Shown: positions 17,904-28,722, numbered from the stretch's first letter. The stretch is DNA of 64,000 nucleotides from an uncultured Oscillospiraceae bacterium (GCA_958436045.1 CAUBIP010000002.1:1087-65086); one strand, 5' to 3'. Translations and numbers: made by a program. Notes: generated from the letters alone by a model not told the origin.

Positions 17904-18638
17904 TCAGCCGTCGTAGTGGTTGCCGATATCGTCACCCAAATCGCAGGTATAAATTAGTGCGACGGAATCGCCGGGCGAGAGCTTATAAACGCCCATGCCA
18001 ACACTGGGGAACGAACCGTTGACAGCAAATTCCCAGCCGGAGAGCTTTCCGCAGTCGAATTCATAGATATTGCAAAGCCCTGCCAGGTACGCCGAGGAGC
18101 CGCTGCCCTCAAAATCATAGTGCATTTTACGGCTCTTCAGTTCCCGCTTGAGCATGGTGAAGACGGTGTCGCCCTCTTCGTATTGCACTTCCGTCTTGGC
18201 AAGCAGGATACCATCCGACGGAATCAGCCCTTCCTTGCCCCGTTCCAGCTTATCCATATTATCCAGAATCGTCGAGCAATCAATGCTGATGGTGCAGGTC
18301 TGCGCCTGCGGCTCCTGGGCGTCAGGCTGCTGGGTGTTCCCAGCCGGTTCTGCCTGCACAGGCTTTGCCGTATCGTCACCTGCCGGCTGCTGGGCCGTGT
18401 CTTCACTGCCGGCAGCATCATCCGCATCTGACGCGCCGCCTGTCACCGTACCTGCTTCCCCGTCCTTGTCGGCGCCGTCATCATTCTCCGCTTCCTGTTT
18501 CTGCTGGGCCTGCGTGCTCTCCGGCTCCGTTGCCGGACTTCCTACAGTATCACTGCAAGCAGTCAGAAAGCAACTCAGAGTAAGCAGCAGCACCAGGCAA
18601 AGTGCCGTCCATTTGTAATGCTTCATCTGTCTCATCAT
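17904..18638 (-). CDS. Lipoprotein with C-terminal DUF4430-like (transcobalamin beta-domain-like) module
   Basis: Lipobox LSCFLTAC, an acidic low-complexity linker, and C-terminal LSGWEFAVNGSFPSVGMGVYKLSPGDSVALIY. Confidence 0.65.
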   Translation of the reverse strand: MMRQMKHYKWTALCLVLLLTLSCFLTACSDTVGSPATEPESTQAQQKQEAENDDGADKDGEAGTVTGGASDADDAAGSEDTAQQPAGDDTAKPVQAEPAGNTQQPDAQEPQAQTCTISIDCSTILDNMDKLERGKEGLIPSDGILLAKTEVQYEEGDTVFTMLKRELKSRKMHYDFEGSGSSAYLAGLCNIYEFDCGKLSGWEFAVNGSFPSVGMGVYKLSPGDSVALIYTCDLGDDIGNHYDG

Positions 18639-18657
18639 CCTTTATCGCTCTGTTTGT

Positions 18658-20826
18658 TTATTTGAAATAGGTGCCGAGAAGCTCATTCTCCCAGGCATCG
18701 CCAATGCTCCGGTCAAAGCGCATCAGCACGCTGGCCACTTGGGCGCGGGTCGCGCTGCCCTTGGGGTCCAGCTTACCGCCGCTGCCGACCAGCAGACCTT
18801 CTGCCGTGGCCCAGGCCAAAGCTTCTTTACTCCAGGAAGATATCTGGCTGTAATCGCTCCAGCCCTGCAGATTCTCCGACGCGGAGACATCCCCGCCCAG
18901 CGCCAGCTTCTGATAGCGGTAAAGATAGCACGCCAACTGCTCCCGGGTGACTTTTTCCTCCGGGCAGAATTTGCCGCCGCCCATACCGGCTGCAACCTCC
19001 AGCTCCGTCGCCCAGGCGATGGGCTCAGCGTAGTACATCTTGGCGTTAACATCCGAATAATACGCCGTGACATTCTGCTGCGCCGCCGGACGGCCCATCA
19101 TTCTCCACAGGATCGTCACGAGCATGCCGCGGGTTAGCGGGACATTGGGGCCAAAGGTCGTCTCCGTTGTGCCGACCAGCAGGCCCGCCTGGTTCGTATA
19201 ACGAACCGCCTCAAAATACCAGGTGTTGAAAGCCACGTCCGTGAAGGGGAATTCGCCGTAGCCGTTGGTCATATCGTAAATGCCGCTCATCCCGTCGGCG
19301 CAGCGCAGTAGGGAGGCCAGCGCCATCTGGGCCTGCATGGTCGCCAGGGTGTTGGCGCCCTTTCCGGCCTCGTGGCTGAAGCTGCCGTCCGCGTTGCGGA
19401 AGCGCAGCATCGCGTCCAGCACCGAGTTTTCACCCTTGACAAAACGGGCATCATCCAGGCCGATGCCCAGCTGGCACATGGCCAACAGCACCATGGCGCT
19501 GCTCTCGCAGTTGGCCGTGCCGTAGCTCTTAAATCCGCCATCGCTCTGCTGCAGGGCAGACAGGCAGTCAAGGCCCTTGTTCACTGCAGGACGGACCGCC
19601 GAGTCCCCGGTGTAAGGCGCCAGCGCCTGCAGGCAGATGGCCGTCACATCAACATCAGACGCCGCGGCGCTTTCGCCCCGCAGGTCCCAGCCGCCGTCCT
19701 TACGCTGGGCATCCAGAATGTACTGCACATAGGCTTTCCGCTGGCTGCTCTGGAAGGTATCGCCAGCGCAGTCCAGGGCCAGCAGCGCATACGCCGCGCC
19801 GGTCACGCCTTGCTTCGTCGTCTTATCATAATCCTCCAGCCACTTAAGCAGATCATAGCCTGCAAAGCTGGCCGGATCCTCGCCGACGGCCGCCAGGGCC
19901 AGAATGCTGCGGGAGTAGGCGGTGTACTGGCTGGCCGAGAGCTGGCCATTGCCGCTGACCAGAGCATCGTAGAGCCCTTCCAGATAATCCGCAAGATATG
20001 CCTCCGGCACCGGAACGCCCGCGCCGTACAGACCAATGATATCCCAAGCGCTGATATTCTCGCCCTGCTTGGCCAGGCTAATGGCTGCCGTGCCCTGCAG
20101 CGCTGTCATCGCGCTGTTGCGCCAATCCTTCGTCCAGGTCGCCTTGACCCGGGCTGTGGTGACCGGCGGCACCAAGACCGTCCCCGTCACGTTGGCGGAG
20201 ATCACATACAGGCCAGGCGCGTTGAGCTTCATCGTGACCTTGCCGTTTTCATCGGTCACATAGTCGGTCTCTTCGCCATCGATGGTGATCGCTGCATTGG
20301 CGATGGGCGTGCTGATCGTCTCCCAGTTTTCACCGTAGCCGAGCTTGGAGAGTGTCAGCGTAACGGTATCGCCAGCCGTAACCGAGATATGCCGTTCATT
20401 AAAATAAGAAAATGCGTCGGTATAGCCCGTCTTATCCTGGTAGACATAGGCGTAGACATCGTCGCCCGCCTTGACTTCCTCTTCCAGGCTCATCGGAACG
20501 GTAGTATTCACACAGTAGCCAAACGCACCACTGGTATCGCCCCAGAGCTTTGTGATGCTCAGACCGTAGTCGCCCCGGGCCGATGCATAGCTGTAAGTAT
20601 CATCGCCATAGATGGCATGGCCAACCTGCAGGACATCGTCAATATCCAACTTGCCGTTCTCATTTTCGTCCGTCAGCGGGACCGGATAGCGCGTGAGCTG
20701 CAACTCGCCCGCGACGCTGATGGTCAGATAGGCCACCGCCTCCGGCTCTGCCGCACCAACTGGCATGACAAGTAAGCCCGCGCACAGTGCCAGGACCAGC
20801 ACCAGCGCCAGAATTCTTTTTTTCAT
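18658..20826 (-). CDS. SLH-anchored surface protein with DUF4430-like N-terminal region and prenyltransferase/terpene-cyclase-like alpha/alpha-toroid repeats
   Basis: Internal ATG at 20826 with GGAGGAAAC RBS. Signal peptide MKKRILALVLVLALCAGLLVMPVGA. Repeats QRKDGGWDL, QQSDGGFKSYG, RNADGSFSH. Three C-terminal SLH repeats. Confidence 0.75.
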   Translation of the reverse strand: MKKRILALVLVLALCAGLLVMPVGAAEPEAVAYLTISVAGELQLTRYPVPLTDENENGKLDIDDVLQVGHAIYGDDTYSYASARGDYGLSITKLWGDTSGAFGYCVNTTVPMSLEEEVKAGDDVYAYVYQDKTGYTDAFSYFNERHISVTAGDTVTLTLSKLGYGENWETISTPIANAAITIDGEETDYVTDENGKVTMKLNAPGLYVISANVTGTVLVPPVTTARVKATWTKDWRNSAMTALQGTAAISLAKQGENISAWDIIGLYGAGVPVPEAYLADYLEGLYDALVSGNGQLSASQYTAYSRSILALAAVGEDPASFAGYDLLKWLEDYDKTTKQGVTGAAYALLALDCAGDTFQSSQRKAYVQYILDAQRKDGGWDLRGESAAASDVDVTAICLQALAPYTGDSAVRPAVNKGLDCLSALQQSDGGFKSYGTANCESSAMVLLAMCQLGIGLDDARFVKGENSVLDAMLRFRNADGSFSHEAGKGANTLATMQAQMALASLLRCADGMSGIYDMTNGYGEFPFTDVAFNTWYFEAVRYTNQAGLLVGTTETTFGPNVPLTRGMLVTILWRMMGRPAAQQNVTAYYSDVNAKMYYAEPIAWATELEVAAGMGGGKFCPEEKVTREQLACYLYRYQKLALGGDVSASENLQGWSDYSQISSWSKEALAWATAEGLLVGSGGKLDPKGSATRAQVASVLMRFDRSIGDAWENELLGTYFK

Positions 20827-20911
20827 ATTTGTTTCCTCCGGTTCAAATTTTGCCGACGGATGCGGAAAAAACCGCAGCTTTCCGTCATTCTCGCCTGTTT
20901 CGGATATCTGG

Positions 20912-20940
20912 ATTATACCAAGTCCCGTCAAGTTTGTAAA
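20912..20940 (-). promoter_or_regulatory. Promoter of the SLH surface-protein gene
   Basis: Minus strand: TTTACA, 17-nt spacer, TGgTATAAT (extended -10). Confidence 0.55.
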
Positions 20941-20977
20941 GCGGAAAAGTATGGCTTTTCCGCTTTACAAACTTGAC
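20927..20977. repeat. Perfect 23-bp inverted repeat with a 5-nt spacer
   Basis: GTCAAGTTTGTAAAGCGGAAAAG-tatgg-CTTTTCCGCTTTACAAACTTGAC. The arms overlap both -35 boxes of the divergent promoters. Confidence 0.9.
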
Positions 20978-21002
20978 AAGCCGCCGCCCCGGAGCGTAAA
21001 AT
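20973..21002 (+). promoter_or_regulatory. Candidate promoter facing purA
   Basis: TTGACA, 18-nt spacer, TAAAAT. It would give a ~165-nt leader. Confidence 0.4.
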
Positions 21003-21152
21003 AGAGACGTATCCGGCAAGATCTCCCGCGGCGCGGACATATTAGGAAAAATAATCGCGAGTATAACTTTTTTCTGTTTTACTTATACCAAGATTTGGAG
21101 TATCCTAAATACTGTATGAACCGCGCATCCGATCATTTTTGGATTTCCGTGA

Positions 21153-23872
<2,720 letters not shown>

Positions 23873-23890
23873 CACACTATAACACGCCAA

Positions 23891-23928
23891 AGCGGCGGCC
23901 CTTGCATTGTCAAGGCCGCCGCTTTTTC
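23891..23928 (+). terminator. Intrinsic terminator after purB
   Basis: AGCGGCGGCCCTTG...CAAGGCCGCCGCT followed by TTTTTCC. Confidence 0.75.
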
Positions 23929-24002
23929 CTGTAAAAAAATTCCTGTCCTGCCGTTTAGGTCCCAAAAAATCCGCCCATACTATGGGCGGAGGTGCATAAG
24001 AT

Positions 24003-24644
24003 ATGCAAAACAACAACAAGCACACCGGCTTCAAAGGCTGGATGCGGGATAAGGGCTACTACATAGTCCTTGTCCTCTGCATCGCAGCAGTCGGGATCTC
24101 GGGCTATCTGTATTTCAACCAAAGCGCTGCGCCGGACGCCGACGCCGCGCCCACCGCCGCCCTGCAAACGCCGAACGCCCCGGCGCAGGAGGAGACGGGC
24201 AAAGACGCTGCGTCTTTGTCACAGGAGGCGGCGCCGCCTAAGCTGAAAAAGCCGGTGGACGGCGCCGTCGCCCAGAGCTTTGCCACGGACCGTCTGGCCT
24301 ATAACGCCACGACGAAAGACTGGCGGGTCCATCCGGGCGTTGACCTGACCGCCAGCGTCGGCGACGCCGTCCGCGCTGCGGCAGATGGGACTGTCAGCGC
24401 CGTGGCGGAGGATGACTTCCTAGGCTGGACGGTGGAGCTCACCCACGACGGTGGCTGCACCACCCGCTATTGCAATCTGGCCGCGGAGATCCCCGTAGCC
24501 GTCGGCGACCAGGTGACGGCGGGCAGCCAAATCGGCACCATCGGCACTACGGCAAAGCTGGAGCTTGCCAGCGAGCCGCACCTGCACTTTGAAGTCTCCC
24601 AGGGCACAGCACAGCTCAACCCGGAGACCTGCTTTGCCGAATAA
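24003..24644 (+). CDS. Membrane-anchored M23-family peptidoglycan metalloendopeptidase
   Basis: N-terminal TM segment (YYIVLVLCIAAVGISGYLYF), HPGVDL and HLHFEV motifs. Confidence 0.8.
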   Translation: MQNNNKHTGFKGWMRDKGYYIVLVLCIAAVGISGYLYFNQSAAPDADAAPTAALQTPNAPAQEETGKDAASLSQEAAPPKLKKPVDGAVAQSFATDRLAYNATTKDWRVHPGVDLTASVGDAVRAAADGTVSAVAEDDFLGWTVELTHDGGCTTRYCNLAAEIPVAVGDQVTAGSQIGTIGTTAKLELASEPHLHFEVSQGTAQLNPETCFAE

Positions 24645-24659
24645 CACGCCAAAAACAGA

Positions 24660-24690
24660 AAAAGCGCTGGGGCACGCCCCGGCGCTTTTT
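24660..24690. terminator. Bidirectional terminator
   Basis: AAAAGCGCTGGGG-cacg-CCCCGGCGCTTTTT between convergent genes. Confidence 0.7.
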
Positions 24691-25031
24691 CACACCCTTT
24701 TGTATTCCTCAACTGCCAACAGGACCTGAAGCAGCTGTGCCTGCTCCACCTCAGATTTTGAGGCAAGAATTTCGTAACACGTCAACGGAATATTCTCTCC
24801 CTCCCGTTGCAGCCCGACATCCAGCTTTTCAAACAGCTGGGATAGGGGTACGTCTAGGGCTGCGGCGATCTTAGCGATGCTATCCAGCGTTGCGTTCTTT
24901 TCGCCCCGCTCCACCTGACCGATGTAAGTCGGATGGCAGCCGGAGCGTTCGGCCAATTGCTCCTGGCTGAGCTTGCTGCGCACGCGATAGTTCCGAATTC
25001 TTTGCCCGACCCATTTTGTGATTTCGCTCAT
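24690..25031 (-). CDS. XRE-family helix-turn-helix transcriptional regulator
   Basis: LSQEQLAERSGCHPTYIGQVERGEKNATLDSIAKIAAAL. 113 aa. Noticeably lower GC than its neighbours. Confidence 0.85.
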   Translation of the reverse strand: MSEITKWVGQRIRNYRVRSKLSQEQLAERSGCHPTYIGQVERGEKNATLDSIAKIAAALDVPLSQLFEKLDVGLQREGENIPLTCYEILASKSEVEQAQLLQVLLAVEEYKRV

Positions 25032-25062
25032 TGGGTTTCTCCTCCTATCTGTCTTCCAATAC

Positions 25063-25138
25063 AGTCTATAAATATCAGAAAATCAAATAAATAGACTATT
25101 GATATTATTTCAGATAGAATATATACTATAAGTATAGT
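25063..25138. promoter_or_regulatory. AT-rich divergent control region with dyad symmetries (candidate XRE operators)
   Basis: AGTCTAT (25063-25069) / ATAGACT (25091-25097) inverted repeat. ACTATA-ag-TATAGT palindrome at 25125-25138. The intergenic region 25032-25172 is about 25% G+C by hand count. Confidence 0.5.
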
Positions 25139-25172
25139 TTTAGATTTTTTAATGCTTATAGTATTTTAAGGA

Positions 25173-25682
25173 GTGATCCGATTGGAGGAATTACGAAGCA
25201 AAACCTGCTGCCTGACCGGGCACCGGACACTGCCGCCAGACAAGGCAGCGCAAATTGCGGACCGTCTGGATGCAGCGCTGCGACAGCTCATCGATCAAGG
25301 GTATCGCTACTTTGGCATCGGCGGCGCCCGGGGCTTTGATACGCTAGCGGCGCAGTGCATTCTCCGGCTGCGAGCGTCCTATCCGGCAATCCGTCTGATT
25401 CTCGTCCTGCCCTGCCGGGACCAGGCCAGGGGCTGGCCGCTCCGGGATAAATTTATCTATCTCTGGATCAAGCGGCAAGCCGATAAGCTGGTCTACACAG
25501 CCCAGTGTTATGATCACGGCTGTATGCAAAAGCGAAACCGCCACCTTGTCGCCCACAGCAGCTGCTGCCTGTGTTATCTGACTTCCCGCACCGGCGGCAC
25601 CGCATACACGGTCACCTGTGCAAAACGGGCTGGGCTTACTGTCTTGAATATCGCAGATCCCCCTGACACTGCCAGCCGCTGA
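25173..25682 (+). CDS. SLOG-superfamily protein, DUF1273 / YpsA-YoqJ-like
   Basis: CCLTGHR..., GYRYFGIGGARGFDTLAAQ, LVLPC, GGTAYTV. The start may be TTG at 25182 (AAGGAG RBS at 25169-25174). Confidence 0.7.
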   Translation: MIRLEELRSKTCCLTGHRTLPPDKAAQIADRLDAALRQLIDQGYRYFGIGGARGFDTLAAQCILRLRASYPAIRLILVLPCRDQARGWPLRDKFIYLWIKRQADKLVYTAQCYDHGCMQKRNRHLVAHSSCCLCYLTSRTGGTAYTVTCAKRAGLTVLNIADPPDTASR

Positions 25683-25749
25683 TGCACAAAGGGACCGAGC
25701 CTACGCGGTTCATAGCTGCGCAAGCTCGGTCTCTTTGTGTCCTCTTCCT

Positions 25750-26550
25750 CTAACGTGGCGCGTACCCCAGCCAGGCCCGTACACAGTTGGGCAGGGGGAA
25801 TCGCTTCGTGCCAAAGCCGCAGCCGCAAGCAGCCTCCGCCAAGGCAGGCCGGGGCCCGAAGGACGCGGCAAACTGGGCCAGCAGCGCCGCGCCGGTCGGC
25901 GTACACAGCTCCCCGGTGACCGCCGCCGGGCCAGGCTGCGTCGGGATCCCCTGCAGCAGAAATGCCGTGGCCGGCGCCGGAACCGGCAGCTCGCCATGGG
26001 CGCAGCGCACCGTCCCCCGGCCCGTGCTGACGGGCGAGGCACAGATATACGCCGGGGCCAGCTGCTCCAGCAGCATACAGCAGCCGACGACGTCTCCTAT
26101 GGCGTCCAGTGCGCCGACCTCGTGGAAATGTACCTGCCGCACCGGCACCCCATGGGCCGCGGCCTCTGCCGCCGCAATGCGGCCATAGACCGCCCGGGCC
26201 TGCTCCGCCACCCAAGCAGAAACCGGCAGCCCCGCCAGAATCGCTTCCACATCCGGTAGGCTCCGATGGTCGTGGTGATGGTGGTGATGACCGTGCTGGT
26301 GCTGCGGCGCAGTGCCAGGCAACTGCGCCGCCGACTCGGTCACGCCGCCAACTGTCAGCTCCATCTGTACTCCGCGGGTCTCTCCCTGCGTGACCGGATG
26401 GACCGTGAGCGCGACCCCCGGCAGCTCCAGGGCGGCAAACGCCTGCAAAAACGCATCCTGCGCCGGGGCCAGCGCAAACAGCGCCCCCAGCAGCATATCC
26501 CCCGCTGCGCCCATGGCGCAGTCAAAATAGAGTGTTTTCCCCGTCCTCAT
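25750..26550 (-). CDS. larC: LarC N-terminal half (LarC1-like) of the NPN-cofactor nickel insertase
   Basis: LYFDCAMGAAGDMLLGAL, His-rich HQHGHHHHHHDH, VHFHEVGALDAIGDVVGCC, GCGFG. Confidence 0.8.
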   Translation of the reverse strand: MRTGKTLYFDCAMGAAGDMLLGALFALAPAQDAFLQAFAALELPGVALTVHPVTQGETRGVQMELTVGGVTESAAQLPGTAPQHQHGHHHHHHDHRSLPDVEAILAGLPVSAWVAEQARAVYGRIAAAEAAAHGVPVRQVHFHEVGALDAIGDVVGCCMLLEQLAPAYICASPVSTGRGTVRCAHGELPVPAPATAFLLQGIPTQPGPAAVTGELCTPTGAALLAQFAASFGPRPALAEAACGCGFGTKRFPLPNCVRAWLGYAPR

Positions 26551-27029
26551 CGTGTCTCCTCTTCTCCGGCAGCCGCCAGGCTGGCAGCGATCTCCTGCCG
26601 GATCTCGTGCAGGCTCCGCCCAGTCTGCTGGGCGATGCGCACCAGGTCGTCATACTCCGCCTTGCAACGCCCGCCTGCCCACTTGCAGCGGACAGGGCCC
26701 AGCGGCGTCTGCACCGTCGCCGCTCTGCGGGGCAGCACCCGCCGCTGCACCGGCTGCACCCGCACACCGAGGGTCGTCGTGTGGGCAAACAGCAGGGCGG
26801 CAAAGCGGTCCTCCTCTCCCTCCCGGCAGAGGCAGCAGAGCATCACACCGGGGCGATTCTTTTTCATACCGATGGCGATGGTATAGCAGTCCAGTGCCCC
26901 GGCATCCAGCAGCTGTGCCGATGCAAAGCCGATCTCCTCCGGCGTCATATCGTCAAGATTGCAGGCAAGCTCGCAGATCGTTTCCGTTTCTGTCTCCGGC
27001 GTGCCGGGCCGGGCATAATATGCATTCAT
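26547..27029 (-). CDS. larC: LarC C-terminal half (LarC2-like), encoded upstream of the N-terminal half
   Basis: CNLDDMTPEE, IGMKKNRPG, TTTLGVRV. ATGA overlap with the LarC1-like ORF at 26547-26550. Confidence 0.8.
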   Translation of the reverse strand: MNAYYARPGTPETETETICELACNLDDMTPEEIGFASAQLLDAGALDCYTIAIGMKKNRPGVMLCCLCREGEEDRFAALLFAHTTTLGVRVQPVQRRVLPRRAATVQTPLGPVRCKWAGGRCKAEYDDLVRIAQQTGRSLHEIRQEIAASLAAAGEEETR

Positions 27030-27784
27030 GGCCGCACCCCCATATGATTGATCCGGTCCGCCAAAAAGCCCGCGCCAAAACCATTGTCGATATTCACGAC
27101 GCTGACACCGCTGGCGCAGGAATTGAGCATCGACAGCAGCGCCGCCAGCCCGCCGAAGGCCGCACCATAGCCCACGCTCGTGGGCACGGCGATGACCGGG
27201 CAGTCCACCAGACCGCCGATCACACTGGCCAGCGCGCCCTCCATTCCAGCGATGGCGATAACAACACTGGCCTGCATCAGGTCCTCCAGATGCGCCAGCA
27301 GCCGGTGGACCCCGGCCACGCCGACATCATACAGCCGCAGCACGCGGCTGCCCAAGACCTCAGCGGTCAGCGCCGCCTCCTCGGCGACCGGGATATCACT
27401 GGTGCCGCCGGTGGCGACGACGACCGTCCCCAGCCCGTCCGGCGCCGGCACCGGGCCAATCACACCGACCCGGCCCGCGGCATGGTAGGTAAGCGGCAGC
27501 TGCGCCGCCACGTACTCCGCCGCGTCCTGGCTCATCCGCGTGATGAGCACCGTCTCCTGCCCCCCGTCCCGGAGGGCGGCGGCGATGCGCGCAATCTGCT
27601 CCGGCGTCTTTCCCGCACCGTAGATGACCTCCGCCGCGCCCTGGCGCAGGCTCCGGTGTCGGTCGATCTTCGCAAAGCCCAGGTCCTCAAACGGGGCCAT
27701 TTTCAGCTGCAGTGCCGCGTCCTGCGGTGAGATCTCGCCCCGCTGCACCTGCCTAAGCAAGGCCGCCAATGCTTTCTCGTTCAT
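27026..27784 (-). CDS. larB: Pyridinium-3,5-biscarboxylic acid mononucleotide synthase LarB (PurE-like)
   Basis: DLGFAKIDRHR, ATGGTSDIPVAEEA, AGMEGALASV, VPTSVGYGAAFGG, VVNIDNGFGAG. Confidence 0.85.
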   Translation of the reverse strand: MNEKALAALLRQVQRGEISPQDAALQLKMAPFEDLGFAKIDRHRSLRQGAAEVIYGAGKTPEQIARIAAALRDGGQETVLITRMSQDAAEYVAAQLPLTYHAAGRVGVIGPVPAPDGLGTVVVATGGTSDIPVAEEAALTAEVLGSRVLRLYDVGVAGVHRLLAHLEDLMQASVVIAIAGMEGALASVIGGLVDCPVIAVPTSVGYGAAFGGLAALLSMLNSCASGVSVVNIDNGFGAGFLADRINHMGVRP

Positions 27785-28542
27785 TCATCTCTCGCCTCCA
27801 GATCCAATACTGCCGCCGAAAACTCTGCCCGCAGCGCCTGTAGGAGCACCTTGCGTTGCTCCAGCGCCCGGGGCAGCTGCGCCTGCGGCAACTGCAGCAA
27901 CGCTGTATCTCCCCGCTGGCGGACGCGAAAATCCCGAAAGCCCAGGGTAAACAGCGCCTGCTCCGCCCGCTCGATCCGGGCAAGATTCTCTGCCGTGATC
28001 CTCATACCGGGCTGGACTCGGGTAGCCAGGCAGGCATAGGCAGGCTTGTCCCAGACCGGCAGGCCCGCCGCCTTCGCCCCGGCACGGATCTGCGCCTTCG
28101 TCAGGCCGCACAGCCGCAGCGGTGACTGGACCTGCAGCTCCTGCAGCGCCCGCATCCCAGGGCGGTCCACCACAGCATCCGAAGCGTTCGTCCCGTCCCA
28201 AAGCAGGCGGTAGCCGTCCTTCGCCGCAGCGGCGGCAATGGCAGAGAAAATTTTCCGCTTACAGTAATAGCAGCGCTCCGGCGGGTTGCGCCGCACCTGG
28301 GCGTCCGCCAAGACATCCAGCGCCAAAACCTTCAGCGGCAGCCCCAAGCCGCCGCACAGCTGCGTCGCGTCCCGCCGCTCAAAGGCTGGCTGAAACTGGG
28401 TCTCGGCAAAATAGGGCTGCACCTGCGCGCCTGCCGCCTGGGCGCAGTGGAGCAGATACGCCGAATCCACTCCACCGGACAAGGCCAGCGCGCCCTTTGG
28501 GTTTGCGTTAAAATATTCCTGCAGTGTCATCACAAGCCCCAC
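27781..28542 (-). CDS. larE: ATP-dependent sacrificial sulfur transferase LarE (PP-loop ATPase)
   Basis: ALALSGGVDSAYLL PP-loop, CYYCK, TNASD. ATGA overlap with larB. Confidence 0.8.
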   Translation of the reverse strand: MGLVMTLQEYFNANPKGALALSGGVDSAYLLHCAQAAGAQVQPYFAETQFQPAFERRDATQLCGGLGLPLKVLALDVLADAQVRRNPPERCYYCKRKIFSAIAAAAAKDGYRLLWDGTNASDAVVDRPGMRALQELQVQSPLRLCGLTKAQIRAGAKAAGLPVWDKPAYACLATRVQPGMRITAENLARIERAEQALFTLGFRDFRVRQRGDTALLQLPQAQLPRALEQRKVLLQALRAEFSAAVLDLEARDE

Positions 28543-28693
28543 CTTTCCGCCTCTGTTACGCTGATTTTATCATAAAACCCGGGTCTGTCAAGTCGACCGG
28601 GCTGCCGGTCGCCCCAATATCTAGCAGGTGCAGCCCCAGATTTTGTGGTTTCCGGAAAATCCGGCGAAAAATTCGTATTTCTTAAAAAAATGA

Positions 28694-28722
28694 TTGACCA
28701 AACCGCAAACAGCCGTTATAAT
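28694..28722 (+). promoter_or_regulatory. Consensus sigma-A promoter of rpmH
   Basis: TTGACC, 17-nt spacer, TATAAT. Confidence 0.7.

Noticed and set aside
25685-25739. The 16-bp imperfect stem-loop between the SLOG gene and larC as a mobile-element end or att site.
   Set aside because: It is a single hairpin between convergent genes with no matching repeat elsewhere in the window. It is most simply a shared, U-tract-poor terminator.
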